Shown one piece after another: positions 1-9,652 of a stretch of 64,000 bases of DNA (position 1 is the stretch's first letter; the number at the start of each line of letters is the position of its first letter). This DNA is from Sandaracinaceae bacterium (GTDB taxonomy: Bacteria > Myxococcota_A > Polyangia > Polyangiales > Sandaracinaceae): contig JBGAQA010000028.1 of assembly GCA_044220955.1 (NCBI GenBank), positions 13,013-77,012 on the forward strand, in the 5' to 3' direction. The notes beneath the pieces were generated by a model. That model ran no database searches. It saw only the letters and a program-made list of their open reading frames with translations, and was not told where the DNA came from. Both the position numbers and the translations under genes were made by a program.

Positions 1-978
1 ATCGTCGTAGATCTCCTCGTCCATGAGGAGCGCGCCGATCGTGCCCTCCCCCTCGCGCACGTGACGCACCACCGTCTCGGCGTCGGTCACGATCGTCCGC
101 ACATCGCCCGTCGCCGCCTCGACCTCACCCGTGATCCGCCGCGCCGAGTGGATCGTCTCCTGGATGTCGGTCCGCTCCTCGGGACCGATCGCCGCCAGCG
201 TGTCGCGGGCGCTCGTCGCCACGTCGCGGGCGTCCGTGAGCAAGGGCCCCGCCTCGCGATCGAGGGTCCCGACGAGGTGCTCGACCCGCGCGAGGATCCG
301 GCGAGGCTGCGGGCCCTCCACGTACGTCTCGCGGGCCCCGCGCAGCAGCGCGACGCCCTCGTCGGCCGCGGTGCGCGCCTGATCGACGATGTGGTCGATG
401 TCCTCGCGGTTCCCCTCGAGCAGCTCCCGGACCACGTGCACGAGCGTCACGACGTCGTCCATCAGGTCGCCCAGCTCCTGCCGGTGCGCGCGCACGCCCT
501 CGACGAGCTCCTCGAGCAGCTCGTACCCGAGCGCCAGCGCGAGATCGAGGCGCGGTGGATCGACGCCTTGCATGATCGAGCCCTCGGCGAGGACCGGGTG
601 ATCGCCGGTCCCCGGGTCGATCGCCACGAACTGCTCGCCGAGCACGCCCTGCGAGGTCACGTAGAAGAGCGCGTCGTCGTGGACCGTGTCCTCCACCTCG
701 CGATCGATGCTGAGGCGCAGCCGGACGAGCGGCCGGCGCCCCGTCTGGGGATCGAGGCGGCCGCCCATGTACGTCACGTCCTCGACGCGGCCGACCTTCA
801 CGCCGCCGATGCGCACCGGCGCGCCCGCTTGCACGGAGCCGGGGTTGTTGAAGTCGACGAAGATCGGGTAGCCCTCCCCGATCCGGACGCCGCCGAGCAC
901 GAAGACGAACGCGCCGAGCATCACCAGCGCGACGAGCACGAGCATGCCGACGCGCGCCTCGAGCGAGATCCGGCTCAT
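1..978 (-). CDS. mlaD: MlaD/MCE-family protein (3' end runs off the window)
   Basis: Not in the ORF track. Reading from ATG at 978 gives MSRISLEARVGMLVLVALVMLGAFVFVLGG..GYPIFVDFNNPGSVQAGAPVRIGGVKVGRVEDV, an N-terminal TM helix plus MCE motif. Lies directly downstream of an MlaF-type ATPase. Confidence 0.9.
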   Translation of the reverse strand, partial: MSRISLEARVGMLVLVALVMLGAFVFVLGGVRIGEGYPIFVDFNNPGSVQAGAPVRIGGVKVGRVEDVTYMGGRLDPQTGRRPLVRLRLSIDREVEDTVHDDALFYVTSQGVLGEQFVAIDPGTGDHPVLAEGSIMQGVDPPRLDLALALGYELLEELVEGVRAHRQELGDLMDDVVTLVHVVRELLEGNREDIDHIVDQARTAADEGVALLRGARETYVEGPQPRRILARVEHLVGTLDREAGPLLTDARDVATSARDTLAAIGPEERTDIQETIHSARRITGEVEAATGDVRTIVTDAETVVRHVREGEGTIGALLMDEEIYDD

Positions 979-1000
979 GAGCGTGCCTCTGGGCGAGTCG

Positions 1001-1747
1001 TCATGTCTCGATCGGCCCCTGCGCCCGCCCCTCGATGAACTGCCGCACGATCGGATCCTCGGTCACGCGTATCTCCGCGGGTGTCCCGACGAATTGAACG
1101 CGACCTTTGTACAGCATCGCGATCCGGTCGGCGATCCCGAAGATCGAGGGCAGATCGTGAGACACGACGATCGCGGTCACGTGGACCGTGTCGCAGAGCT
1201 CGCGGATCATCTGGTCCACGCGGCGGGCCGACACCGGGTCGAGCGACGTGGTCGGCTCGTCGAAGAGGACGTAGCGAGGCTCGAGGGTCAGCGCGCGGGC
1301 GATCGCGACGCGCTTGCGCATCCCGTCGCCGAGCTCGGCAGGAAAGCTCCGCGCGAACGGGCGCATGTGGACCTGGTCGAGACGCCGGGCCGCCTCCTCG
1401 AGCGCGGCGCTCATGGAGAGGCCGCGGTGGATACGCAGCGGAAGCGCCACGTTCTCGGCACAAGTCATCGAGTCGAAGAGCGTCGAGCTCTGGAAGACCA
1501 TCGCGCACTTCTTCCGGATCGGCGCGAGCTGGGCCTCGTCGAGCCGGGAGACCTCCTCGCCATCGAGCCAGATCTTGCCCGCGTCCGGGCGCAGCAGGCC
1601 GACGAGGTGCTTGATGAGCACGCTCTTGCCGACGCCCGAGCCGCCGATGACGAAGAAGCACTCGCCGTCCGCGACCTCGATCGACACGTCCGAGAGGACG
1701 ACCTTCGGGCCGAACGACTTGCTGACGTTCTCGAAGTGGATCGGCAA
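1001..1747 (-). CDS. mlaF: ABC transporter ATP-binding protein, MlaF/Mkl family
   Basis: Walker A GGSGVGKS, VFQSSTLFDSM, variant signature LGDGMRKRVAIARAL, Walker B FDEPT, VSHD; adjacent to an MCE gene. Confidence 0.9.
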   Translation of the reverse strand: MPIHFENVSKSFGPKVVLSDVSIEVADGECFFVIGGSGVGKSVLIKHLVGLLRPDAGKIWLDGEEVSRLDEAQLAPIRKKCAMVFQSSTLFDSMTCAENVALPLRIHRGLSMSAALEEAARRLDQVHMRPFARSFPAELGDGMRKRVAIARALTLEPRYVLFDEPTTSLDPVSARRVDQMIRELCDTVHVTAIVVSHDLPSIFGIADRIAMLYKGRVQFVGTPAEIRVTEDPIVRQFIEGRAQGPIET

Positions 1748-1757
1748 GCGGGGATCG

Positions 1758-3245
1758 CTAGGGGCGCATCGCCTGCCAGTCGCCGGTGAAGTCGCTGCCG
1801 ACGAGCGTGCCGTCCCAGTGGCCCATGACGAGCGAGTTCGGACCCCCGATCTGGGCAGTGCCGCGCAGCGTGATCGGGTCGACCCCGAGCCGTGCGTTGA
1901 GGACCGCGTTGACGGCCGTCGTGACGAGGCCGCTGAGCGCAGAGGTGCAGACGCTGTGTACCGTGCCCGCGACGCCGGGGTAGTCCGGCGCCGCCGCCTC
2001 GGCCGCGTCGGCGAGGCCCGAGCAGAACGAGGACGCGATGGTGTTCAGCACCGCGTCGAGGCTGTCGTACGCACCGTCGCTCGCGACCTCGATCACGGCG
2101 TCGACGAGCCACGCGATGATGGCGCCGATGCTCACGTGCACGCTGTGGCGATCGACGGTGAAGACGCCGCAGGTCACCGATGCGTTGAACTCGCTCGGCA
2201 TGAACATCCAGTCGAACACCGTCGTCGGATCGCCCGTCACGGTGGTGCCGGCGTAGACGAACGAGACCCGGTCCCACGTGTGCGTGCCGCGGTAGCTGTC
2301 GGCCACGGTGCCGCGCGTGAGGGTCATGTGCTCGTCGATCTCCCACGTGTTCAGCACCTCGTTGAGGTGCGCGATCGCGCGGAACAGCGGCGGTGCCCAG
2401 CGCGGCAGCGCGTCGCCGACGTACGGTGCGATCGCGGCGCAGATGGCGTCCTCGACCCAGCTCGGCAGGCCGAAGTCGATGCACGCCGTGTCGCCCGCGA
2501 GGAAGAGCAGCGGCCCCTCGATCGCGTTCAGCAGGCTCGAGAGCCAGTCCGGGAGCGACTCACGCAGGCGCAGCGTCGAGTGCATCGTCGGCCAGTCGCC
2601 CGCGAAGTCGGGCGAGGCGATGTCGCAGACCGTGCCCGGGCGGCAGGTGCCCGCCTCGCAGACGTCGCCGCTCGGGCACTCGATGTCGGCCAGGCAGCCC
2701 GCGCCGGGCGTGCACGCGCCGTCGGTGCACATGAACCCGGTCGGGCAGTCGGACGTGTGCACGCAGTGGCAGCTGCCGCCGGTGCAGACGAGCCCGGGCG
2801 CGCAGGCGCTCGCGTCGGCGCAGGGGACCGGAATACGCGGGTCGCGCGTGCACCAGCCGCCGAGGCAGAACTCGCCGGCCATGCACATCGTGTCGAACTC
2901 GCAGAGCCCGCCGCTCGGGGTGGGCTGGATGCAGGCGCCCATGCGGCACTGTCCGGGCGCCGGGCACGTGCCGCAGTGCGTTCCGTCGCCCGGAGGGGGC
3001 GGGTTCGGGTCGGGCACGCAGCGCGGCACGCCCGAGACCGCCGCGCAGACCTCTCCCGTCCCGCAGTTGTGGATTCCGTCGTTGCACTCCGCCATCAGCG
3101 GGCCGGCGTCGAGCAAGAGGCTGCCGGTGTCGGGGTAGCCGCCCTCGTGGCGGCGGCCCGCGTCCCGGACGCTACCGCTCCCGGCGGAGCAGCCGACACC
3201 GACGAAGAGCAGAGCGACCGGGAGCCAAGCGACGACGATGCGCAT
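1758..3245 (-). CDS. Cys-rich lipoprotein with an unknown C-terminal domain
   Basis: Signal peptide with lipobox (VGVG-C), DAG linker and C-x5-C-x4/5-C repeats; GGAGG SD; 10 bp upstream of mlaF. Confidence 0.8.
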   Translation of the reverse strand: MRIVVAWLPVALLFVGVGCSAGSGSVRDAGRRHEGGYPDTGSLLLDAGPLMAECNDGIHNCGTGEVCAAVSGVPRCVPDPNPPPPGDGTHCGTCPAPGQCRMGACIQPTPSGGLCEFDTMCMAGEFCLGGWCTRDPRIPVPCADASACAPGLVCTGGSCHCVHTSDCPTGFMCTDGACTPGAGCLADIECPSGDVCEAGTCRPGTVCDIASPDFAGDWPTMHSTLRLRESLPDWLSSLLNAIEGPLLFLAGDTACIDFGLPSWVEDAICAAIAPYVGDALPRWAPPLFRAIAHLNEVLNTWEIDEHMTLTRGTVADSYRGTHTWDRVSFVYAGTTVTGDPTTVFDWMFMPSEFNASVTCGVFTVDRHSVHVSIGAIIAWLVDAVIEVASDGAYDSLDAVLNTIASSFCSGLADAAEAAAPDYPGVAGTVHSVCTSALSGLVTTAVNAVLNARLGVDPITLRGTAQIGGPNSLVMGHWDGTLVGSDFTGDWQAMRP

Positions 3246-3291
3246 CCGCGCCTCCGCGAAACGAGCCCCGATTGTATCAGAGTCGCGCTAC

Positions 3292-4224
3292 ATGAGGTGG
3301 ATGCGGGGCGCGTGGGCAGCAGAGATCACCGGGCGGGCGCGCGCCCACTGGACGCCCGAGCGGATCGCGCGGCTGTCCCGGGGCAAGACGCTCCTCTTGC
3401 CGCCCGTCGCGGCCGCCCCGCTCCTGCGCGCGATGAGCCTGCTCTCGGCCGACGGCTCGATGCCGCCCGATCGGGTCCGGAAGTACCTGCAGGTCAACCA
3501 CATGGTCGCGGTGCTCGGACCTTCCCTCAGAGAGCTGCGGGCGGCCCGCGAGGGCGAGCCGGTGCGGCTGATCGACGCGGCGTGCGGGCGCAGCTACCTG
3601 GCGCTCTTGCTCGCCTGGTGCTTCCGCGATCTCTGGGGGCATCCCGTCGAGGTCCTCGGGATCGATCGCAACGAGGCCCTGGTCGCGCGCTGCCGGCAGG
3701 ACGCCGAGCTCGCGGGGCTCGGGGACGTGGTGCGCCACGAGGCGGGCTCGCTCGCGGCCCTCGACGTCCGAGGCGCCTGGGAGCGCGCGTTCGGCGCCGC
3801 TCCCGAGATCGACGGCGTGGTCGCGCTGCACGCGTGCGACACGGCGACCGACGACGCGATCACGCTCGCCCTCTCGCTCGAGGCGCGCCTGTGCGCCGTC
3901 GCGCCGTGCTGCCACGCCGAGCTCGCACGAGCCTGGTCGGAGCTGCCGCCGGGCACGGGACCGTTCGCCGCCATCCACCGCACGCCGCACCTGCGCCGGG
4001 AGGCCGCCGCCACCGTCACCGACACCATGCGCGCGCTCGTGCTGCGCGCGTCGGGCTACGAGGTGTGGCCGCTGGAGTTCGTCCCGAGCGAGCACACGCC
4101 GAAGAACACCCTCATCCGCGCGATGCGGCGGGGCGCCCCCGACGCCGCGGCGGCGGGCGAGCTCGCGGCCCTCGTCGCCGCGACAGGCGGTCGCGAGATC
4201 GCGCTCGCCCGACTCCGTCGCTGA
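3292..4224 (+). CDS. SAM-dependent methyltransferase (Methyltransf_32-like)
   Basis: IDAACGRSYL, LHACDTATDDA, APCCH and EFVPSEHTPKN motifs; start is 3292 or 3301. Confidence 0.8.
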   Translation: MRWMRGAWAAEITGRARAHWTPERIARLSRGKTLLLPPVAAAPLLRAMSLLSADGSMPPDRVRKYLQVNHMVAVLGPSLRELRAAREGEPVRLIDAACGRSYLALLLAWCFRDLWGHPVEVLGIDRNEALVARCRQDAELAGLGDVVRHEAGSLAALDVRGAWERAFGAAPEIDGVVALHACDTATDDAITLALSLEARLCAVAPCCHAELARAWSELPPGTGPFAAIHRTPHLRREAAATVTDTMRALVLRASGYEVWPLEFVPSEHTPKNTLIRAMRRGAPDAAAAGELAALVAATGGREIALARLRR

Positions 4225-4226
4225 AC

Positions 4227-7169
4227 TCAGGGATGGAGCTCGTCGGCTCCGATGTCGTAGCGCGGCGAGCCCGCCACGCTGAACGGACGGGACTCGTTGT
4301 CGAAGTCGTGGTTCGTGGCGGCTGCGACCGCCGTCCCGGCGTCGTAACAGATCGACCCCGTCCCGGGCAGGTGCTGGGTGGCGGTGAGACCGCAGCTACC
4401 GGCGATGTTGCCCGAGTAGCCCGCCCCGAGCGCGTTCACCATCGCGAGCGTGAGCGGTGTCGAGCCCTCGTCGAAGTAGAGGACCGTGTCGTTCATGTCG
4501 TTGTTCTCGAAGTTCATCGGATCCGCGTTCACGTCGTACTCGACGACGGCGCGGGTGAGCCCGCCCGCCCCGGAGTGGTCGAAGACGTTGTTGCGGAAGA
4601 CGCCCTGCGGGATCGCGCCCGCGACGCCGGCCAGCCCGAGGCCGACGCGCGCCCCGCACGCGGTGCACGACGTGAACTGAATGGTGTTGCTGTGGACGGT
4701 GGGGCCGCGCACGGCGCCGCTGGCCGCCCCGAGATCGAAGCGCAGCACGTCGACCGCACCGACCCAGCTCCCGTCGAGGATGATGTTGTTCGTGACCAGG
4801 GACGCCGTCGTGTGAAGGTATAGGCCGTAGAAGCGACCCACCATCGGCGGCGTGGCGATCCCGCCCTGCGGGCCCGTGATCGTGTTCCGATCGACGATGG
4901 GCGAGGCACCGTCGATCTGCATGCCCATGCCCACGGTGCTCGCGCCGAGCAGGAAGCCGGCGCTGATCGAGTTGTTCACGAAGCTCGCGCACCCGCCGGT
5001 GGTGCACTGCACTCCGATGCACGAGCTCACGTGGCTCGTCGCGCCGCGGATCCCGCCCCCGGAGGGCGAGGTCGCGAGCGAGCCCGTCACGCTGCAAGGC
5101 GCGCCGGCCGAGCACGACACGCCGATGCAGGTGACGCCGCTCGCCTCGCAGCCGACGTGACTGCCGCCCGTCACCGAGGGCGCGCACGTCGCGCCGCTCG
5201 CATCGAAGCCGGTGCGCGTCCCGACCGGAGCGCCGCCCGGCGGCGAGCTGCCACCGAACGTGCTCGTCGAGGTCCAGGTCGATGCGCTCGTGCATCCCTC
5301 GAGCCGCACGCCGAAGCTCGCCGAGCCCGCCATGCTCGTGGTGCCCCCCGAGAAGCTGCTCGTGCTCACGCTCAGCCCGGTGAGGGCGCCCGTCCCGTGG
5401 AAGCCGATCGCGCGCGTCGTGGCCGAGCCGCCGTTCGCGGTCACGGCCCGCATCTGTGCTCCGCAGCCCGTGCACTCGATCGCCGTCGAGCTCGGCGTCT
5501 GCCCGCCGACGACCGTCACGTTCAAGATCAGCGGCGCGCTGCCGTTGATCGTGACGGCCTGCGAGGGATTGGGACCCGAGGTCCCGTTCACCGTCAGCTG
5601 CTCGAGCGAGGTCGCAGAGGTGATGCCCGAGGGGAAGTTGAGTCCGTCTCCGTCGACGTCCGCGATGACGGTCGAGGCGCCGCCCGTCCGGGTCCAGGTC
5701 GCGCAGTCGTAGTTCCCGAGCACGCTGGTGCCCTCGATCATCACCACGTTCTCGCTGAACGTGCTGGGGGCGCCGCCCGCGGGATCGCAGAGGCACACGT
5801 CGGCGCCGCCGCCGATCGCCGTGGCGTTACCCTGCGCGAGCGCGACGGTCGAGAGCGGCAGCGCGGGCGTCCCGGGGTTGGTCGGCGAACCCCCCGCGCC
5901 TGGCGGCGCGACGAACGTCCCGCGACAGATCAGCGAACCGGCCACGCACGCCGTACGCGACACGCACGCGCCCACGTCCGTCGCGCCGGCGCAGAGCACG
6001 CCGCCACCGGGGTTGCCTTCGTCGACGTTGCCGTCGCAGTCGTCGTCCATGCCGTTGCACGTCTCGACGCTGTCGCCCGTCGCGTCGCTGCACGACGAGC
6101 CGCCCGTCGCGTTGCACATGTTGGTCCCCTCGGTGCAGCTGTCCGTGTCCGGCCCGTCACAGGCCGCGCCCAGGTTGAACCCTTCGTCCGTCGTGCCGTC
6201 GCAGTTGTCGTCCATGCCGTTGCACGTCTCGGTGCCGGGCATCACGCCCCCGATGCACATCAGCGACCCAGCCGTGCAGGTCTCGACGCCGGGCGTGCAG
6301 ACGCCGGTCGAGCTTCCGCACGCGGCGCCGCCCATGGGGTTGCCCTCGTCCGCGCTCCCGTCGCAGTTGTCGTCGGCGCCGTTGCACGTCTCCATGGTCG
6401 GCTGCACGCCGCCCGTGCAGGGGCCCCACGCGCCCGCGACGCACGTCTGGGTGCCCGGGCTGCACGCGCCCACCGACGAGCCGCACGCCTGCGTGGCGCC
6501 GGAGGTGCAGCCGCACCCCTCGTCCACCGTTCCGTCGCAGTCGTCGTCCCGCGTGCCATCGCACGCCTCCGCGACCGGCGTCACCTCGCCGACGCACGCG
6601 CCCCAGGCGGACGAAGCGCAGGTCTGCGTGCCGCGCCGGCACTCGCCGACGCCGCTGCCGCAGCTCTGGGTCGCGCCGTCGGTGCACGTGCAGCCGTCGT
6701 CGACCATCTCGTCGCAGTCGTCGTCGAGTCCGTTGCCGCAGATCTCGGTGCCCGGATCGATCGCGCCCATGCACGTGCCGAACGTCCCCGCGCTGCAGGT
6801 CTGCGTGCCGGTGCGACAGACGCCGACGTTCATTCCGCAGCTCTGGGTCACGCCGTCGTCGATCGTCCCGTCGCAGTCGTCGTCGATGCCGTTGCACGTC
6901 TCGGCGCTGCTCACGCACCCGTCGACGTTCGCGTCGGGAGTGGGCCCCACGTCGACGTTCGCGTCCACGCTCGCGTCGCGGCCGCCGTCGCGCCCCCCGC
7001 CGTCGCCGCCGTCCGAGGCGGGGCCCGTGTCCCCCGCATCCACGCCCGGGTTGGTCGTGTTGCCCGCGCAGTCGCAGGCCGGGACGAGGAGCGCGAGCCC
7101 GGCGACGAGCGTCGAACAGGCGATCGCGCGCGCCTCGCGCGAGGCGACGAAGAAGAAAGTGCGGTTCAT
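4227..7169 (-). CDS. Large secreted Cys-rich protein with MopE-related metal-binding repeats and a beta-helix C-terminus
   Basis: Six E-x-C-(N/D)G-x-D-D-(D/N)-C-D repeats, an Asn/Thr/Gly-rich beta-helix-like region, terminal YDIGADE; GGAGG SD. Confidence 0.85.
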   Translation of the reverse strand: MNRTFFFVASREARAIACSTLVAGLALLVPACDCAGNTTNPGVDAGDTGPASDGGDGGGRDGGRDASVDANVDVGPTPDANVDGCVSSAETCNGIDDDCDGTIDDGVTQSCGMNVGVCRTGTQTCSAGTFGTCMGAIDPGTEICGNGLDDDCDEMVDDGCTCTDGATQSCGSGVGECRRGTQTCASSAWGACVGEVTPVAEACDGTRDDDCDGTVDEGCGCTSGATQACGSSVGACSPGTQTCVAGAWGPCTGGVQPTMETCNGADDNCDGSADEGNPMGGAACGSSTGVCTPGVETCTAGSLMCIGGVMPGTETCNGMDDNCDGTTDEGFNLGAACDGPDTDSCTEGTNMCNATGGSSCSDATGDSVETCNGMDDDCDGNVDEGNPGGGVLCAGATDVGACVSRTACVAGSLICRGTFVAPPGAGGSPTNPGTPALPLSTVALAQGNATAIGGGADVCLCDPAGGAPSTFSENVVMIEGTSVLGNYDCATWTRTGGASTVIADVDGDGLNFPSGITSATSLEQLTVNGTSGPNPSQAVTINGSAPLILNVTVVGGQTPSSTAIECTGCGAQMRAVTANGGSATTRAIGFHGTGALTGLSVSTSSFSGGTTSMAGSASFGVRLEGCTSASTWTSTSTFGGSSPPGGAPVGTRTGFDASGATCAPSVTGGSHVGCEASGVTCIGVSCSAGAPCSVTGSLATSPSGGGIRGATSHVSSCIGVQCTTGGCASFVNNSISAGFLLGASTVGMGMQIDGASPIVDRNTITGPQGGIATPPMVGRFYGLYLHTTASLVTNNIILDGSWVGAVDVLRFDLGAASGAVRGPTVHSNTIQFTSCTACGARVGLGLAGVAGAIPQGVFRNNVFDHSGAGGLTRAVVEYDVNADPMNFENNDMNDTVLYFDEGSTPLTLAMVNALGAGYSGNIAGSCGLTATQHLPGTGSICYDAGTAVAAATNHDFDNESRPFSVAGSPRYDIGADELHP

Positions 7170-7246
7170 GGGACCCCTCCGTCCCCGAGTCTCTCAGAGG
7201 AGGGAAGCTCGCGTCCATGGCGGGCGGCCCCGTGCGACCATCGTTC

Positions 7247-7275
7247 TTGACGCCTCCGTCACCGGGCGCTAGTCA
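7247..7275 (+). promoter_or_regulatory. Putative sigma70 promoter for tRNA-Val/thrS
   Basis: TTGACG (7247-7252), 17-bp spacer, TAGTCA (7270-7275). Confidence 0.5.
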
Positions 7276-7328
7276 ACGCGCCCCCGGGTTCCCGGGGCGG
7301 AGCTCCCGATAGCGGACGGAGCTCATCC

Positions 7329-7400
<72 letters not shown>

Positions 7401-7468
7401 TGATCATGCAGGATTCGATCGAACAGACGCGCTCGCGCTCGACGATCGAGTCCACCCCGGTCGGGTCC

Positions 7469-7564
7469 GCCCGGCTTCGCCGGGCACTCCGGGTCACCAC
7501 GACCCGCTGAGCCCGCTCCGTCGAGCGGTGCTCCCCGAAGACGTCCGGACGCGCTAAGCGTCCG
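7469..7564 (+). promoter_or_regulatory. Structured thrS leader (four consecutive hairpins)
   Basis: Perfect stems at 7469-7485, 7490-7506, 7513-7528 and 7546-7564, immediately before the GAGAGG SD. Confidence 0.4.
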
Positions 7565-7581
7565 CGCGAGAGAGGTCCGTC

Positions 7582-9558
7582 ATGTCCAGCCAGCCGATGA
7601 TCACACCCCGTCAAGCCCTCGAGTCGAAGGGCGCGCTCACGCCCGACACGATCGCGGCGCGCGTGACGAGCGGCGGCGCGACCGCGGTCCGCGACCTCAT
7701 GACACCGATCCCCGAGGGCGCCGAGGTCGCGCCGATCCGCGCGCAGGACCCCGCGGCGCTCCCGATCATCCGCCACTCGTCGGCGCACGTGATGGCCGAC
7801 GCCGTGCAGCGCCTCTTCCCCGGGACGAAGGTCGCCTTCGGCCCCGCGACCGAGGATCCGCCGGGCTTCTACTACGACTACGACAAGCCCGGCGGCGCGT
7901 TCTCCGAGGACGACCTGCGCGCGATCGAGAAGAAGATGGCCGAGATCGTCGCCGAAGGCGCGCCGTTCCGCCGCGAGGTCGTGAGCGTCGAGGCTGCGCG
8001 CACGCTCCTGTCCAACATGAACGAGACGTTCAAGCTCGAGCACCTCGAGCGGCTCGCGGCGAACAACGAGGAGATCTCGCTCTACCGCCACGGCGCCGCG
8101 GGCTCCGAGTGGGTCGACCTCTGCGAAGGGCCGCACGTCCCCTCGGCGAAGTTCCTGCGCGCGTTCCAGCTCACCCGCACCTCGGGCGCGTACTGGCGCG
8201 GCATCGAGGGCAACCCGATGCTCCAGCGCATCTACGGCACCGCCTTCGCCGACGAGAAGGCGCTGCGCACGTACCTGCGCCAGATGGAGGAGGCCGAGAA
8301 GCGCGACCACCGCAAGGTCGGCAAGGAGCTCGAGCTCATCGGCTTCCACCCGTGGGCGCCGGCCTCGCCCTTCTTCCTGCCGCGCGGCGCGAAGATCTAC
8401 GCGGCGCTCGTCGACTACATCCGCGCGCAGTACCGCCGCGAGGGTTACGAGGAGGTCGTCACTCCCCAGATCTTCGATCGGAAGCTCTTCGAGACGAGCG
8501 GCCACCTGCCGAACTACGCCGAGAACATGTACTTCGCGATGACGCGCGAGGAGTTCGAATCCATCGCCAAGCACGAGGGCAAGCGCGAGCTCGCGGACAT
8601 CGAGCGTGAGGCGCGCTTCGGCGTGAAGCCGATGAACTGCCCCTCGCACTGCCTCATCTTCGGGATGGAGCAGCGCAGCTACCGGCAGCTCCCGCTCCGC
8701 ATGGCCGACTTCGGGCGCCTGCACCGCTACGAGCGCAGCGGCGTCACGCAGGGGATGACCCGCGTGCGCACCTTCGCGCAGGACGACGCGCACATCTTCT
8801 GCACCGAGGACCAGGTCCAGGGCGAGATCGAGAAGCTCATGGACCTCGTCTACCGCGTGTACCTCGACTTCGGGTTCCACGAGGTGCGCGTGGCGATCGC
8901 GACGCGCCCCGAGAAGCGCATGGGCTCGGACGAGATGTGGGACCGGGCCGAGAAGGCGCTGATCGAGGGCGTGAAGGCGCGCGGGATCGCGTTCGAGATC
9001 CTCGACGGCGAGGGCGCGTTCTACGGCCCGAAGATCGAGTTCCACCTCAAGGACGCGATCGGCCGCCCCTGGCAGCTCGCGACGATGCAGTACGACCCCA
9101 ACATGCCGAGCTCGTTCGACCTCACGTACGTGGCGCAGGACAACTCCCGGCCGCGCCCCGTGATGCTGCACCGCGCGGTCCTCGGGTCCATCGAGCGCTT
9201 CTTCGGCGTGCTCATCGAGCACGTGAACGGGGCGTTCCCGACCTGGCTCGCGCCCGAGCAGATCGCGCTGCTCTCGGTCAGCGAGAAGGCCGAGGCCTGG
9301 ACCCTCGAGGCCGCCGAGCTGCTCCGCAAGGCCGGCGCGCGGGTCACCATCGACGTCAGCGCCGACAAGCTCGGGGCCAAGGTCCGCAACGCCCGCAACA
9401 TGCGGATCCCCTACCGCGCGGTCGTCGGCGAGAAGGAAGCGGAGGGTCGCTCGCTCGCCATCACCCAGCGGGATGGCAACAAGGAGCTCGGCGCCCTGCC
9501 GATCGAGCAGGTGATCGCCATGATCCAGGCGGAATCGCTCGCGCCCTCGCTCCGCTGA
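7582..9558 (+). CDS. thrS: Threonine--tRNA ligase
   Basis: RHSSAHVMA and DLCEGPHVP editing motifs; KPMNCP, RYERSG, RVRTFAQDDAHIF, GAFYGPKI, MLHRAVLGSIERF. Confidence 0.98.
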   Translation: MSSQPMITPRQALESKGALTPDTIAARVTSGGATAVRDLMTPIPEGAEVAPIRAQDPAALPIIRHSSAHVMADAVQRLFPGTKVAFGPATEDPPGFYYDYDKPGGAFSEDDLRAIEKKMAEIVAEGAPFRREVVSVEAARTLLSNMNETFKLEHLERLAANNEEISLYRHGAAGSEWVDLCEGPHVPSAKFLRAFQLTRTSGAYWRGIEGNPMLQRIYGTAFADEKALRTYLRQMEEAEKRDHRKVGKELELIGFHPWAPASPFFLPRGAKIYAALVDYIRAQYRREGYEEVVTPQIFDRKLFETSGHLPNYAENMYFAMTREEFESIAKHEGKRELADIEREARFGVKPMNCPSHCLIFGMEQRSYRQLPLRMADFGRLHRYERSGVTQGMTRVRTFAQDDAHIFCTEDQVQGEIEKLMDLVYRVYLDFGFHEVRVAIATRPEKRMGSDEMWDRAEKALIEGVKARGIAFEILDGEGAFYGPKIEFHLKDAIGRPWQLATMQYDPNMPSSFDLTYVAQDNSRPRPVMLHRAVLGSIERFFGVLIEHVNGAFPTWLAPEQIALLSVSEKAEAWTLEAAELLRKAGARVTIDVSADKLGAKVRNARNMRIPYRAVVGEKEAEGRSLAITQRDGNKELGALPIEQVIAMIQAESLAPSLR

Positions 9559-9652
9559 ACGGCCTTGTTTCCCGCCGAGGTTCGCAGCAAGATCCCGCCG
9601 CTTCGTCTACAGGTCCGAAGGGCACGCGCCCTTCCCGCAGGAGGATAGTCCC

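Noticed and set aside
5900..6900. Periodic DNA repeats resembling a CRISPR array
   Set aside because: They are degenerate in-frame copies encoding the CxGxDDxCDG protein repeats
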